Origin: Folioceros fuciformis
Taxonomy: Eukaryota
Assembly: GCA_049999805.1 (NCBI GenBank)
Contig: JBNGIO010006246.1
Coordinates: 161,177 to 181,176 of the forward strand
Length of the DNA stretch: 20,000 bases
Direction: 5' to 3'
Of this stretch, positions 9,838-19,192 are shown one piece after another. The position numbers were made by a program, and so were the translations under genes. The notes beneath the pieces were generated by a model, which was not told where the DNA came from, ran no database searches, and saw nothing but the letters and a program-made list of their open reading frames with translations. Position 1 is the first letter of the stretch; each line of letters opens with the position of its first letter.

Positions 9838-10521
9838 TCAGGGCACGTAGTCCTCATCTTCCTCATCGAACTCACTAAAATCGATATCATCCAATCGGCC
9901 AGATCCCTGCCGGTTGTTCACTCTGCCGAGGTATCCTGTGCCCTTAAAGTTTCTGAGCTCCAGCGGCCCCAGCTGCGCCTGCGACTCGCTCACGGTGATC
10001 TGGAACGAAATCTTGCTCTTCCCGGGCGGGATTTCGGAGATGGTGTCGATGCGCAGACTCTCTGCAGCATCCAGGGCGGGCTCGCCTTGGGCGTCGTAGA
10101 CTCGGCCGAAGATGTCCACATTGTACACAGGCTGCTTCATGGGGTTGAGAGCGTCTCCTGTGACTCGAAAACACCTAGCTCCAAACGACGTGCCGCCAGT
10201 CACAGTGGTCTGACCTTCGGGGCACGGCACCGGAGTTGCCTTGATTCCGGACAGAACAATCCTCACATCCGCCAGCGCTGGCCCACAGCCGCTCAGACCC
10301 GCAGCTGCTGCTCCCAGCAGAAGCAGTATCCGCCTCTCCAGATGAGCCGGCGAGCGGACTTCCGATGAGGATGACGATGCGGTTTCCTCCTCAAAGATGG
10401 CTCGGAGAGGTAAGAGCGAAGGAGGTCTCCGTTGCAGGACGGACCCTGAGGTGAAGGATGAGAAAGGCGTGCGCACTGCCGCTCGAGCTGAGGAGCAGGC
10501 TGTGGCTGGGAAGGAAGCCAT
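9838..10521 (-). CDS. Intronless 227-aa predicted thylakoid-lumen (Tat) protein with a cyanobacterial-type FxLYD-like beta-sandwich domain, function unknown
   Basis: Ser/Ala/Arg-rich transit peptide, twin-arginine signal ERRILLLLGAAAAGLSGCGPALA with AxA cleavage site, mature domain with a Cys pair (CPEG...ARCF), motifs VTGDALN..VYNVDIFGRVYDAQG and EIPPG, and an acidic tail. Confidence 0.85.
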   Translation of the reverse strand: MASFPATACSSARAAVRTPFSSFTSGSVLQRRPPSLLPLRAIFEEETASSSSSEVRSPAHLERRILLLLGAAAAGLSGCGPALADVRIVLSGIKATPVPCPEGQTTVTGGTSFGARCFRVTGDALNPMKQPVYNVDIFGRVYDAQGEPALDAAESLRIDTISEIPPGKSKISFQITVSESQAQLGPLELRNFKGTGYLGRVNNRQGSGRLDDIDFSEFDEEDEDYVP

Positions 10522-10691
10522 CGCTTCGGTGTGAGGCGCTCGATACGAAGGTGGAGGACAAGGTAGCAGGAGGAAGAGTGCTCAGAGGTTGGCTTGTATG
10601 ACGCGAGAGTGATAAAAAGCTTCATTTACCAAACGGTGTTGTGTAGACTGGCCCTCAGGGCACAAGAACGTATTCGGAAACTTGGCCAGAT

Positions 10692-11422
10692 CTAGGGGAC
10701 CTTCCGCAAGATTGCAGCAAGAATATAACTGAAAGCCGAATCAACTGTCGCCAAGAAGATGATGAGAAGAATAACCACTCCCAAAGTCAGAAATGCCATC
10801 TTCACCTGCAACACGATGAAGTGTCCCACAATCAAAACTGGGAAAGCTTCCATGGGGTTGCAAAGCGAACACCACGAAGTAGCTAAGCTGCGTAAGACTG
10901 AACGAACCATGCTGTCAAGGGGAGTGAATTCGATGTATTTGAGCTGGCCAGGTTGCTCCCAAAGGAACTGTATAAGCTCCTTACAGGATCTGAAGAACGA
11001 CAAAACACAGCAAAATTTACAGATGTGAACCAGGTGTGGAGGTACAGAGGATCGCAACAACCAGAAAAGGTGAGGATGCTGTGCCTGTATACGAACTTCA
11101 ACGCCCAAATCCAAACAGGCTGTGACTCTGGACCTTGCTGGGCACCATACTGATTAGGAACATGCTCTGGCCGCTGTCTTGTGTCATCAAAAACCCTGCA
11201 CCCTAGCCGAGACCAACCGCCTTGCCTCTTCCGGCATCCCAGGGCTCCGAAACTGCGTCCTGGCCTGAGGCCCCATGACGCTCTTGCTGTTGGACGAACT
11301 GTTCTGAGGTGACCATTTCCGGCTGAGCAAAACCTTGGGCGAAGGGAAATAGGCTGAGCTGCAGGAACAGCGAGGACAAATCTCGCGTCCCGACCGTATG
11401 AGCTTCTCAAAGCGTCCATCAT
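10692..11422 (-). CDS. SECE2: Plastid inner-envelope SEC2 translocase subunit SECE2-like; exons 11422-~11085/11097, 10989-10908, 10805-10692
   Basis: Transit peptide, then the SecE-type amphipathic helix and motif FLWEQPGQLKYIEF, and a C-terminal TM helix FLTLGVVILLIIFLATVDSAFSYILAAILRK. The first donor site is ambiguous. Confidence 0.8.
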
Positions 11423-11443
11423 GCTAGTGTGGGGCTATTGTGG

Positions 11444-11452
11444 AAACCCTAA
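11444..11452. promoter_or_regulatory. Telo-box (AAACCCTAA) in the 72-bp divergent spacer
   Basis: Exact AAACCCTAA between the SECE2 ATG (11422) and the PBAC5-like ATG (11495). Confidence 0.55.
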
Positions 11453-11494
11453 ACCTTTCCGGTAGCAAATCCGTTGAAACGGGTATTGAGCTCT

Positions 11495-12487
11495 ATGCCT
11501 CCCTCCACCATGTCTCAGGTGCTCAAGGTGGTGGTATTCTTGGATCGGACTGGATTTGAATGGGCTGAGAGTGGAACACCACGTCCAAAGGTCCACGCAC
11601 ACGAGTACGAATGCCAAACCATAACCCGTTGATGCCCTTTCTTTCCTGTCCCAATGTGCTTAGGTGGTGCTTTGCAGACTGAGGTTGGCGTATGAGAAAC
11701 ATGGCTTGTCTGCGACTGATGATCCTTTTCGGGCCGTCGATGTGACTGGGCCAGATGGGGCTCAGAAGGTACTCCTCATTCGTTCCGAGTCTCTGCAATA
11801 ATTTCTCCTCGTCTGTACCTCTGAAAGCAAGTTTCTGTTTGTGTGTTGACAGTTCTTGTTGTTCGATTGTAGGCACTTGTCATCTACGCTGTGCACGAAA
11901 TTCCGTGGTCTGGCTGCATCAACTGGCTTGACATACTCTTTGATTATTTGTTGAAGACTGTAGTTTGCATGCAGTCGCGAGAGTTTGCTCTGATCGTTGC
12001 TGGTTATGTTCCCATACCTGTTAATCACCGGGGTGGAGCAGTGAGCCTCGTTCATGAGGGACTCAGTCGAGACGGTGTGCAAGTCCTGTTGGCAGAATTG
12101 AATGGATCAGGTGAAGCGTCGAAAGGACTTTTCGGGGAACTACCGCGGGCGCCTCTGGACTTCCCACTGAACGACGAGTTTCTGGCATCGATTGTGCACG
12201 TGGCTAGAGTGATGCAGGTGCCTACAGTTCTGCTGCTTGCCGCTGAAAGTGAGGAGCATTCTGAGGATAAGGTAATTCCCAAGAGTGGTCCATATGCGTC
12301 TGCCCCTTTTCTAGGTCTCGTTGCAAATCTCCCCTTGTCTGATTCACATCGTGCAAATCAGGATGCTGGGGACACTTCTGGTCTGGCCATCATCCTCCAA
12401 AAGCAGCTTGGAATTCCTGTACGACGAGTTCCCCTGAAGATTCGGCGCGCAAATTCAGTCGGGGAATGGAAGGCTCTGTATATCTGA
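11495..12487 (+). CDS. Putative PBAC5-like 20S proteasome assembly chaperone; exons 11495(or 11510)-11590, 11664-11768, 11873-12271, 12362-12487
   Basis: The spliced product begins MSQVLKVVVFLDRTGF and contains LRLAYEKHGL and EFLASIVHVARVMQVPTVLL. It ends EWKALYI*, a C-terminal HbYX motif, recalling Arabidopsis At3g07640/PBAC5 (..WRALYG). Introns are phase 0, GT-AG. Family call is from memory. Confidence 0.65.
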
Positions 12488-12714
12488 AGTTGTGATCGAC
12501 TCTGGGAACGATTTTGTGGAGGAGCAATAGTAATATATATGGATTACTCAAGAGAAACGTCAGAATGCTACCGGTATAGTAAAGCAAGAGTTAATTGCCA
12601 AACTCAGGTCACAGCAGGAAATACTCAAAAGAAGAAATTCTGACAACGCAAAAACAGACCTCTGTTGCCTGGGTAGCAACTGGACACAGGTAACAGTGCC
12701 AGATGGCAGGAATT

Positions 12715-15700
12715 TTACAACAAACTTACATAAATGGCTAGCATGATAGCCGGAAGCAAAACAGGTAATTCTAAGCTAGTAGCTCCACTTGGGGGTGCCG
12801 CAGGAGGAGGCACAGGGGACGGAGGAGGTGGTAGTACCTGGGCGCCATTAGGAGGCAACGGGGTTGCTGGGATAGGAGGTTCAGACACATTAACGAGGGG
12901 CACGGAAGAGGGGGTAGGTACTGGTGCTTTCGTCACATTTAATGCGAAGTCGTAGAGCTGTCCAGGAATGACAGACTGGATTGTGTAGTTTGATAAAGAA
13001 GATAGCAAACCTCCCTGCTGCACAGGGGCATAGCAACTTTGACCTGCAAGTCCGGATGTCGCGAGTGAGATAGTTGTGAGTGCTATACACTGAAAAATCA
13101 TATACAAAATCTGTAATAAGAGAAGGTTGATGGAGGCTCACGCAAGAAGGCAGCCAATGTTGCTGGGTAATCCGTGATGAAGCCGCTCACGTTGTAGTAC
13201 TTCGTCAAGGTATTGAGCTCCCTTGCAGGATCTGTCTCATAGTCGAAAGCAATCACAGTAGGGTCATTCCTCTGAACACTCACGTAAACAGTGAGACCTT
13301 GTTGCAGAGCATCTTGGACAACAGTTGTCGGTCCTGCCAGAAAGTTCTCAAAGACAGGGTCCAAGGGCTCCACCAACTGAGTCTTGGTCAAAGTTACTGC
13401 ACTTGCAAAGCTCTTGATCTGCTGCAAAGCTGCCACAGTTACATTCGCCGCAAGTAGTACTTGCGAGGCCACTTTGATCTTGTAGACTCGTTCGTAGGAA
13501 GGAAGAACCTGCTGTAGCCTCTTCAGAGCAGAGCTGTCCTCAGACTGCAAAAGAACTCGCTGTGTGGAGTTGCTACCATCAAACCCTGCCTGCTTCAGGA
13601 CAGCCACAACTGTGTCGACAGCATTGAGACCAGCCTCTGTTGCAAGAAAGTAGGCATTCTACAGGACAACAGAGCCCCTACGGTTAGCTCCTAGTTATAA
13701 CACAAACCAATCCGTATGTCTCACAAGCAATCGCTTGAAGTGCTACCTGGATATCAATAAAGATTCCTGTGCTCGAATGGTTCTTGGCGAGGTCCAGGAA
13801 GGTCGAGAGCGTAATGATCCCTTCAAGCCCATCATAAGCCGGATTCCTCACCACAGGAAACACCGGGTTACTTTGCTTCACTGAAAATTTGTGCAATCCA
13901 TGGTCAGGGTGGATGAATCACGAGAGCACGAAACCATCAAAATGACACACACCCAGCTGGGAAAAGGTGGGACATAAGCCCATCACCAACGAATCCAAGA
14001 TAGGCATCGGACCTCACCATCCAGCTGACTGATTTCGCTCCATGTCAAATTGAACGTAAACACACCTGGACCACGTTGCAAGGCTTCTATAGTACTGGAC
14101 CTGGAAAGCAGGTCAATGTACTTGCTCACATCGGTGCTGGGAATAAGGTCGGGTGATTCGTGACATATAGCAACACCATCCTTGGTAAGCTGCACTTTAC
14201 AATCGATGTAATCGGCTCCATCCCTTACAGCTGCCTCATAAGACATCACAGTGGACCCAGGGAAATCGCCACTGGCTCCGTTATTAGATATGATGGTCCG
14301 CTTAACAGCCGAGGGACTTAGTGGAGTTTGCCCTGCAGCATCCAAGGTAACTCAGAGAAGGAAAGGAAGCCTGAGCCCACGGAGCACAAGTTGGTGAGAG
14401 AAACGAACTGCTTGCTGACCTATTTGCAACGCCGCGGACGAACCACCCGATGCATAGCAAGCTGTTATCACGTACAAGCAGTGACGCTCCGAGTCAGGCG
14501 GTGGTGTACAAGAAGCCGCAGTCCAATACAAGAGGTACACATAGTCTTGAGAAGCGAACTAAACAGCAAACAAGACATGAATGTCTCACCCAATGCCTCA
14601 GACGCAGTTGTAGGGAAATCTGTGAGGAGACCGTCGGGGGCGAAGTCGCCATTGGCTACAAAGTTAATGTACTCCCTGAGAGGGTCGTAACTGTAGTTGT
14701 AGCTGTAGGGATTCTCGTCATTTGCAAAGACACCAGTGTAGACAGTGAGATTTGCATTGTGGTAGTCCGACACGATGGTGGTGGGTGACGTCAAGTACAG
14801 AGTCTGGGAATCCACCGGCCATATTGCATCCTTGGGAACAAGCACTCCTGAAGAGAAGTTGGCAATCTCTTCCACAGTGAAGCTGGAGTACGTCCTATTG
14901 GTAGATGGCTCCACTGCATCCAGGGAAGGGATCTTAAAGATAAGCTTTGTGGCAAGTTGACGGGCAATGCTCCCGAGACTCTTGAGCAACGCCACTTCCG
15001 TTGCTGAAAAATAGGATACCGAGCGAGTGTTGAGTGCAGATACTGCGGAGGCGGTCACATTATACCCGTTCTGCTCGTAGAACAAAGCATACTGTGGAAA
15101 GCACGGAGGTCAGTTCTCAGGCGGTGTGGAGAAAAACCCACGACCCGAATTCCACGCAGCTCACTGCTGTAATCCTCACCTCCACGTTGAGCCAGAGGTA
15201 TGCTGGATTCCCAGTTTGAGCTGTGAAGCTATCCAGCAGCTGGACGACATCTAAAGGAGTTATGATCGGAAACAGATAATCGAACGCGTTGGTTCGAGCC
15301 AAGCTGCTCTGAGCAGCTGCGTCGCAGAGGCATCCAGACACACAGCATCAGGAAAGCACTGCAGCGGGAGTCGGAAGGGTACTATGTGGCGAGACGTGAT
15401 GGGCACTCACCGCTGATGCTGAGGAAGTCCTGGGAGGTTTTATCGATGGAGAAGATTGCAGTGACATTCACCCCGTTCACCTCCCGCGTCGTGACGTTGT
15501 TGTCGAGAACCAAGGAGGTGCTGTTCCGGAGATCAAGGCCGGTCCGGCAGATGGCCGCCGAGTCCGCGGTGAGCTGCACATCGCAAAAGAGAGCGATGCC
15601 CGGCAAGGAATCCGTAAGCGCGAAAGAGTAGGCCCACGCCGTCTGATCGGGGAACAGACCGGACGACCCACCACGGGCAATGATCAAGGGAGCCGCACCT

Positions 15701-15941
15701 GCGCAAGCAACAAAGACCCACAATCACAAGATTACAGCGCCAAGCGCGCGCAACGCTCCACCCTACCGCCCATCACCAGCGGAAGCGTACCTGACAGCGT
15801 CTGCCATTGCGACGCAGATGAGTTCTGCGCCAGACCCAACACCGGCAGCAGCAGCAGCAGCTGCAGAAACAAGAGCGGCTGCAACTGCAGCTGCCAGAAG
15901 ACGCGTCGGTCCTCCCGATCCATGGGTGTTGCCCTCCACAT
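12715..15941 (-). CDS. GDPDL: Glycerophosphodiester phosphodiesterase-like protein (GDPDL/SHV3 family), signal peptide + two GDPD domains + GPI-anchor signal; 9 exons: 15941-15791, 15698-15411, 15316-15180, 15091-14590, 14461-14420, 14332-14018, 13880-13747, 13658-13142, 13043-12715 (805 codons)
   Basis: Motifs WQTLSG..PLIIARGGSSGLFPD, FCDVQLT.D, YLWLNV, YNYSYDPLREY, DGLLTDFPTTAS, IISNNGASGDFPGST, IDCKVQLTKDG, VLLQSEDSSAL and GFITDYPAT. Pro-rich stalk and hydrophobic C-terminus. Exon lengths sum to 2415 nt with consistent phases. Alternative start ATG at 15923. Confidence 0.95.
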
Positions 15942-17137
15942 TGCTCGCCCAGCCGCAGCTCCAGCAGCTATGTGGCGATGCTGCGGGGTAACGCGTACTC
16001 ACGCGTAGGTCTTGCCCTCGAGGTGGGTCCACCTCCGACTCCGCCTTCAACTCCCACCTCCAGCTACGTGCAGAGGGACCTGGGACTGGGACATTGGTAG
16101 CCTGACTGCCTTCGACGCTGCTCGCAGCAGCAGTGGAGGCCAGCTGGAAGAGTGGTGGAGGAGGTGAGCGAGATCATGAGTCTCAGGTGCCCCTGCACCA
16201 GAGGCAGCCGGGGGTACGGACTAGTTCGAAGCAGATGCGTGCTGGCCTGGCCTGCGAAGCGGAAAGCGCACAAAACGCAACGCCCTTCTTGATTTGCGCA
16301 GAAACTGACACAGGAGGGTGCTACGAGATCGGTCCCCGGGACTGAAGACGTGGCCAGCCGCGTTGAATCCCGGAGCCTGTACACCCATACTGCAGGCCAA
16401 GCAATGACTCCTGCACCGCCTGCCTTGACCTGACCTGGCCTGCCAAGGCCCACACTCGCTACAGATACGTACTACGACGAATACTCTACTTCCCTCCAGT
16501 AGTCTGCAGTCCATGCACATGCGGAGCCCGGGAATCATGAGCCCTGTGTTGTTTTTGCGAGGGAGACTTGGAGGGAAACCAGGCTTATTCAAATTCTTCT
16601 GTCGCGCGCGGCTTCTTTTTTGGCAGCGGCATGGCATGCCATGGCGGCTGGCGCTACCCCACAAAGCAACCATCTCCAAGGCACGCCCTCCCAGGAGAGC
16701 GCAGGAAACACGGCGGACTGCCCCATCTTTTTTGCCTCGCTCCCATACGTGAATCCCACCGGGGACCAGCCCACTCTCCGTACGCCATATTAATTCAGCT
16801 TTAACCCGATTATTTAAACAATGTAAGCACTGGTTAAGTAAAGCATTTTTCTTGTTCGTATCTGGACCCTTCTTGACACAATTGTTGGGAAAGATGACAT
16901 GCCATCCTGAGGCCAAGTCCTTGTTCTTTCGGCCTTCTCGGGTCTCTTGCTCGGCCTGCACATGATCTCCATCTCTTTTAAATAAAATATACAAATCTAT
17001 TTAGATTCTTGTGATTCGTTCTCTGGGTTTTTTCTCTCTCTACATTCAGTAGGCTCCGCGTTGTCATCATGGATGACTGTTGGGTACATCTGGCACCTTG
17101 TATCCCATGGTAGCGCATTACCACATCAGGTTTTTGA

Positions 17138-17250
17138 TGACAATAGGTGCCACATGTCATGTTCTCGAGGACTCTAGGTGCCACTTGTCATGCTCTCAAT
17201 GACTCTAGGTCCCGCACGTCACTGGCTCTTGATGACTCTGGGTCACATTC
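17138..17250. repeat. 31-bp minisatellite, ~4 degenerate copies
   Basis: taggtg/taggtc at 17144, 17175 and 17206, with a diverged copy near 17239. Unit is approximately gactctaggtgccacttgtcatgctctcaat. Confidence 0.8.
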
Positions 17251-17683
17251 ACACATTGTACCTTGAAGAAGGGCAGTCCATCGTAACACATTGTCGGTGA
17301 CCATGACATGTCCTTGATTCATCTGGGTCCCATCTTACGTAAGCCTAATGGCATGAGAGAGGTGAGGATAACCACACTGTGTGTCGTTACCGATGTCATG
17401 TTCTCAATCACCAAGGAGTATGAACGTGGTTTTACACATCCCTGTAAGGAAGCTATTTGTGAGCGTGTCATTTTCAAGCCTTAAGGTATTTTCAAGCACT
17501 TTGCGACTCATCTTTTGGAGTAAATGGCGCTTCTCATCTCTTCATTTATACGTAAGTTTCACAACATGGGATGTCATATAACTATATATAGATAAATATG
17601 GAAGGAAGACTGTTGCATGGAAATGTTATATATCTTATATGGAAAGAACATATATTCATTTTACAATTAGGGATTTCAGAACC

Positions 17684-17776
17684 TCTAGGGTTTAGGGTTT
17701 AGAGTTTTAGGGTTTAGGGTTTAGTGTTTAGAGTTTTAGGGTTTAGGGTTTAGAGTTTTAGGGTTTAGGGTTTAAA
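17684..17776 (+). repeat. Interstitial telomeric repeat (TTTAGGG)n with TTTAGAGT variants
   Basis: About 13 units: ctctaggg tttaggg tttagagt tttaggg tttaggg tttagtg tttagagt tttaggg tttaggg tttagagt tttaggg tttaggg tttaaa. Confidence 0.95.
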
Positions 17777-17840
17777 GGTTGTCTCATAGATTTTGAATGA
17801 ATGAGCTGTTGCAAAACCTTGCACAACATAGATGTACAAC

Positions 17841-18092
17841 AAGCCGTTAAGAGACGTAAAGTATATTTTTAACGAGCCGTTAGAAAATTCTGTGGACGTA
17901 TAACGAGCCGTTGGAAAAGCCCTTTTGCAAATTTCCAAGGAGCCGTTGGCAAATCTATCGTGGTATCTACATATTATAGTGATTTGCTTTAATGTCATGT
18001 CACTTTATACCAACTAGACGTTAGAAACCGTTACCGATTTTTTCGAGGCCAAATTAACATGTTGTCAGAGTAAAGAACCGTTGGAAAACGGT
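17841..18092 (-). promoter_or_regulatory. Cluster of MSA-like (YCYAACGGYY) motifs, or TE subterminal repeats
   Basis: CCGTT cores at 17844, 17877, 17908, 17943, 18028 and 18078, and AACGG at 18087. Several read TCTAACGGCT, TCCAACGGCT or TCCAACGGTT on the minus strand. Confidence 0.5.
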
Positions 18093-19092
18093 ATCATGGC
18101 TAGTTGTAACTTCAGATCAGAATGTGTGAGAGTAGTGTTGTTTATTTAAAATTTTATTGATTTTATAAATATAATAAAATCTAAAACTAATTCTACAATG
18201 AGCATCAGTGAAACCCCGTGTAAATCACAAGGATTTTACTGCCTGATGTCGAAGCTTGGTGCACGGAATCTTTGTGATAACGTTTGGGGAGAGCGGACGG
18301 AATACAACGGTTTCAAAGACGCGCGAACCCTAGGAGATGTTTTCTTGCTGATGTAAGGTACCGCTTTCTCGCCTGTCGTTGGCAGCAGGATGTATGCACC
18401 CCGGCTCCAGCTTTGGGGAATTCAGGGCGGATTCGGCGTCAAGGATCCACTTCCCTTCATAACTGTGACTACCAACCGAACTTCCCGTCTTGATGTCTGG
18501 CAGGAGCTGTGAACTGTTCTCCTTTCTCATCTCGCAGAACCTTGGACGAATTCCAACCACGCCTGTTGCTTCCAAGGAATTGACAAGGTTGAACTCACAT
18601 GCCCGGCAGTACCGTAGCAGGATCGCGAGGGTCTGGAAAAGCTTCGGCTGCATACAGGCAAGGCAAGGCAAGGCGAAGCCACCAATTCTACTGCATCTGG
18701 TCGAGGAGCTTGGCAGCTGACTGGCAGCCACATCCGGGCGATGACTACAGGGATCCAAGACTTCATGCACAACACAGCACAGCTCAGCTCCGAGGCAGCG
18801 GACGCCGCATCAGTAAGTTCACGCACAGCGGCGGCTGATCAAGAGACAGCGGCCTGTGGGATTGGATCGAAGGCAGGGCACCAGGTTGAAAGGGACGGCA
18901 CGAGACGAACACTGGACGAGTGAAAACGCGAAAACCAAGAAACAAACGGAACGGGAGACGCAAACGAGACAGGGCCGCTCCTTCCATGTTCTCGTTAATC
19001 CCTATCTGCAAGGAAATATTACATCACTAGACCGGGACGCGTGATTTTATTGAACAGATCATGTGTGCACTTGAGATGGAAATTTCATGTCG

Positions 19093-19192
19093 NNNNNNNN
19101 NNNNNNNNNNNNNNNNNNNNNNNNNNNNNNNNNNNNNNNNNNNNNNNNNNNNNNNNNNNNNNNNNNNNNNNNNNNNNNNNNNNNNNNNNNNN
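19093..19192. other. Assembly gap (100 N)
   Basis: Run of exactly 100 N, which suggests a placeholder gap of unknown size. Sequence is strongly AT-rich after it. Confidence 0.99.

Noticed and set aside
15843-15893. (GCA)n-like repeat
   Set aside because: It encodes the Leu-rich signal peptide of GDPDL on the minus strand.
16221-16994. 257-aa minus-strand ORF upstream of GDPDL
   Set aside because: No recognisable motif, and it spans an AT-rich/GC-rich boundary. More likely the promoter or 5' region of GDPDL.
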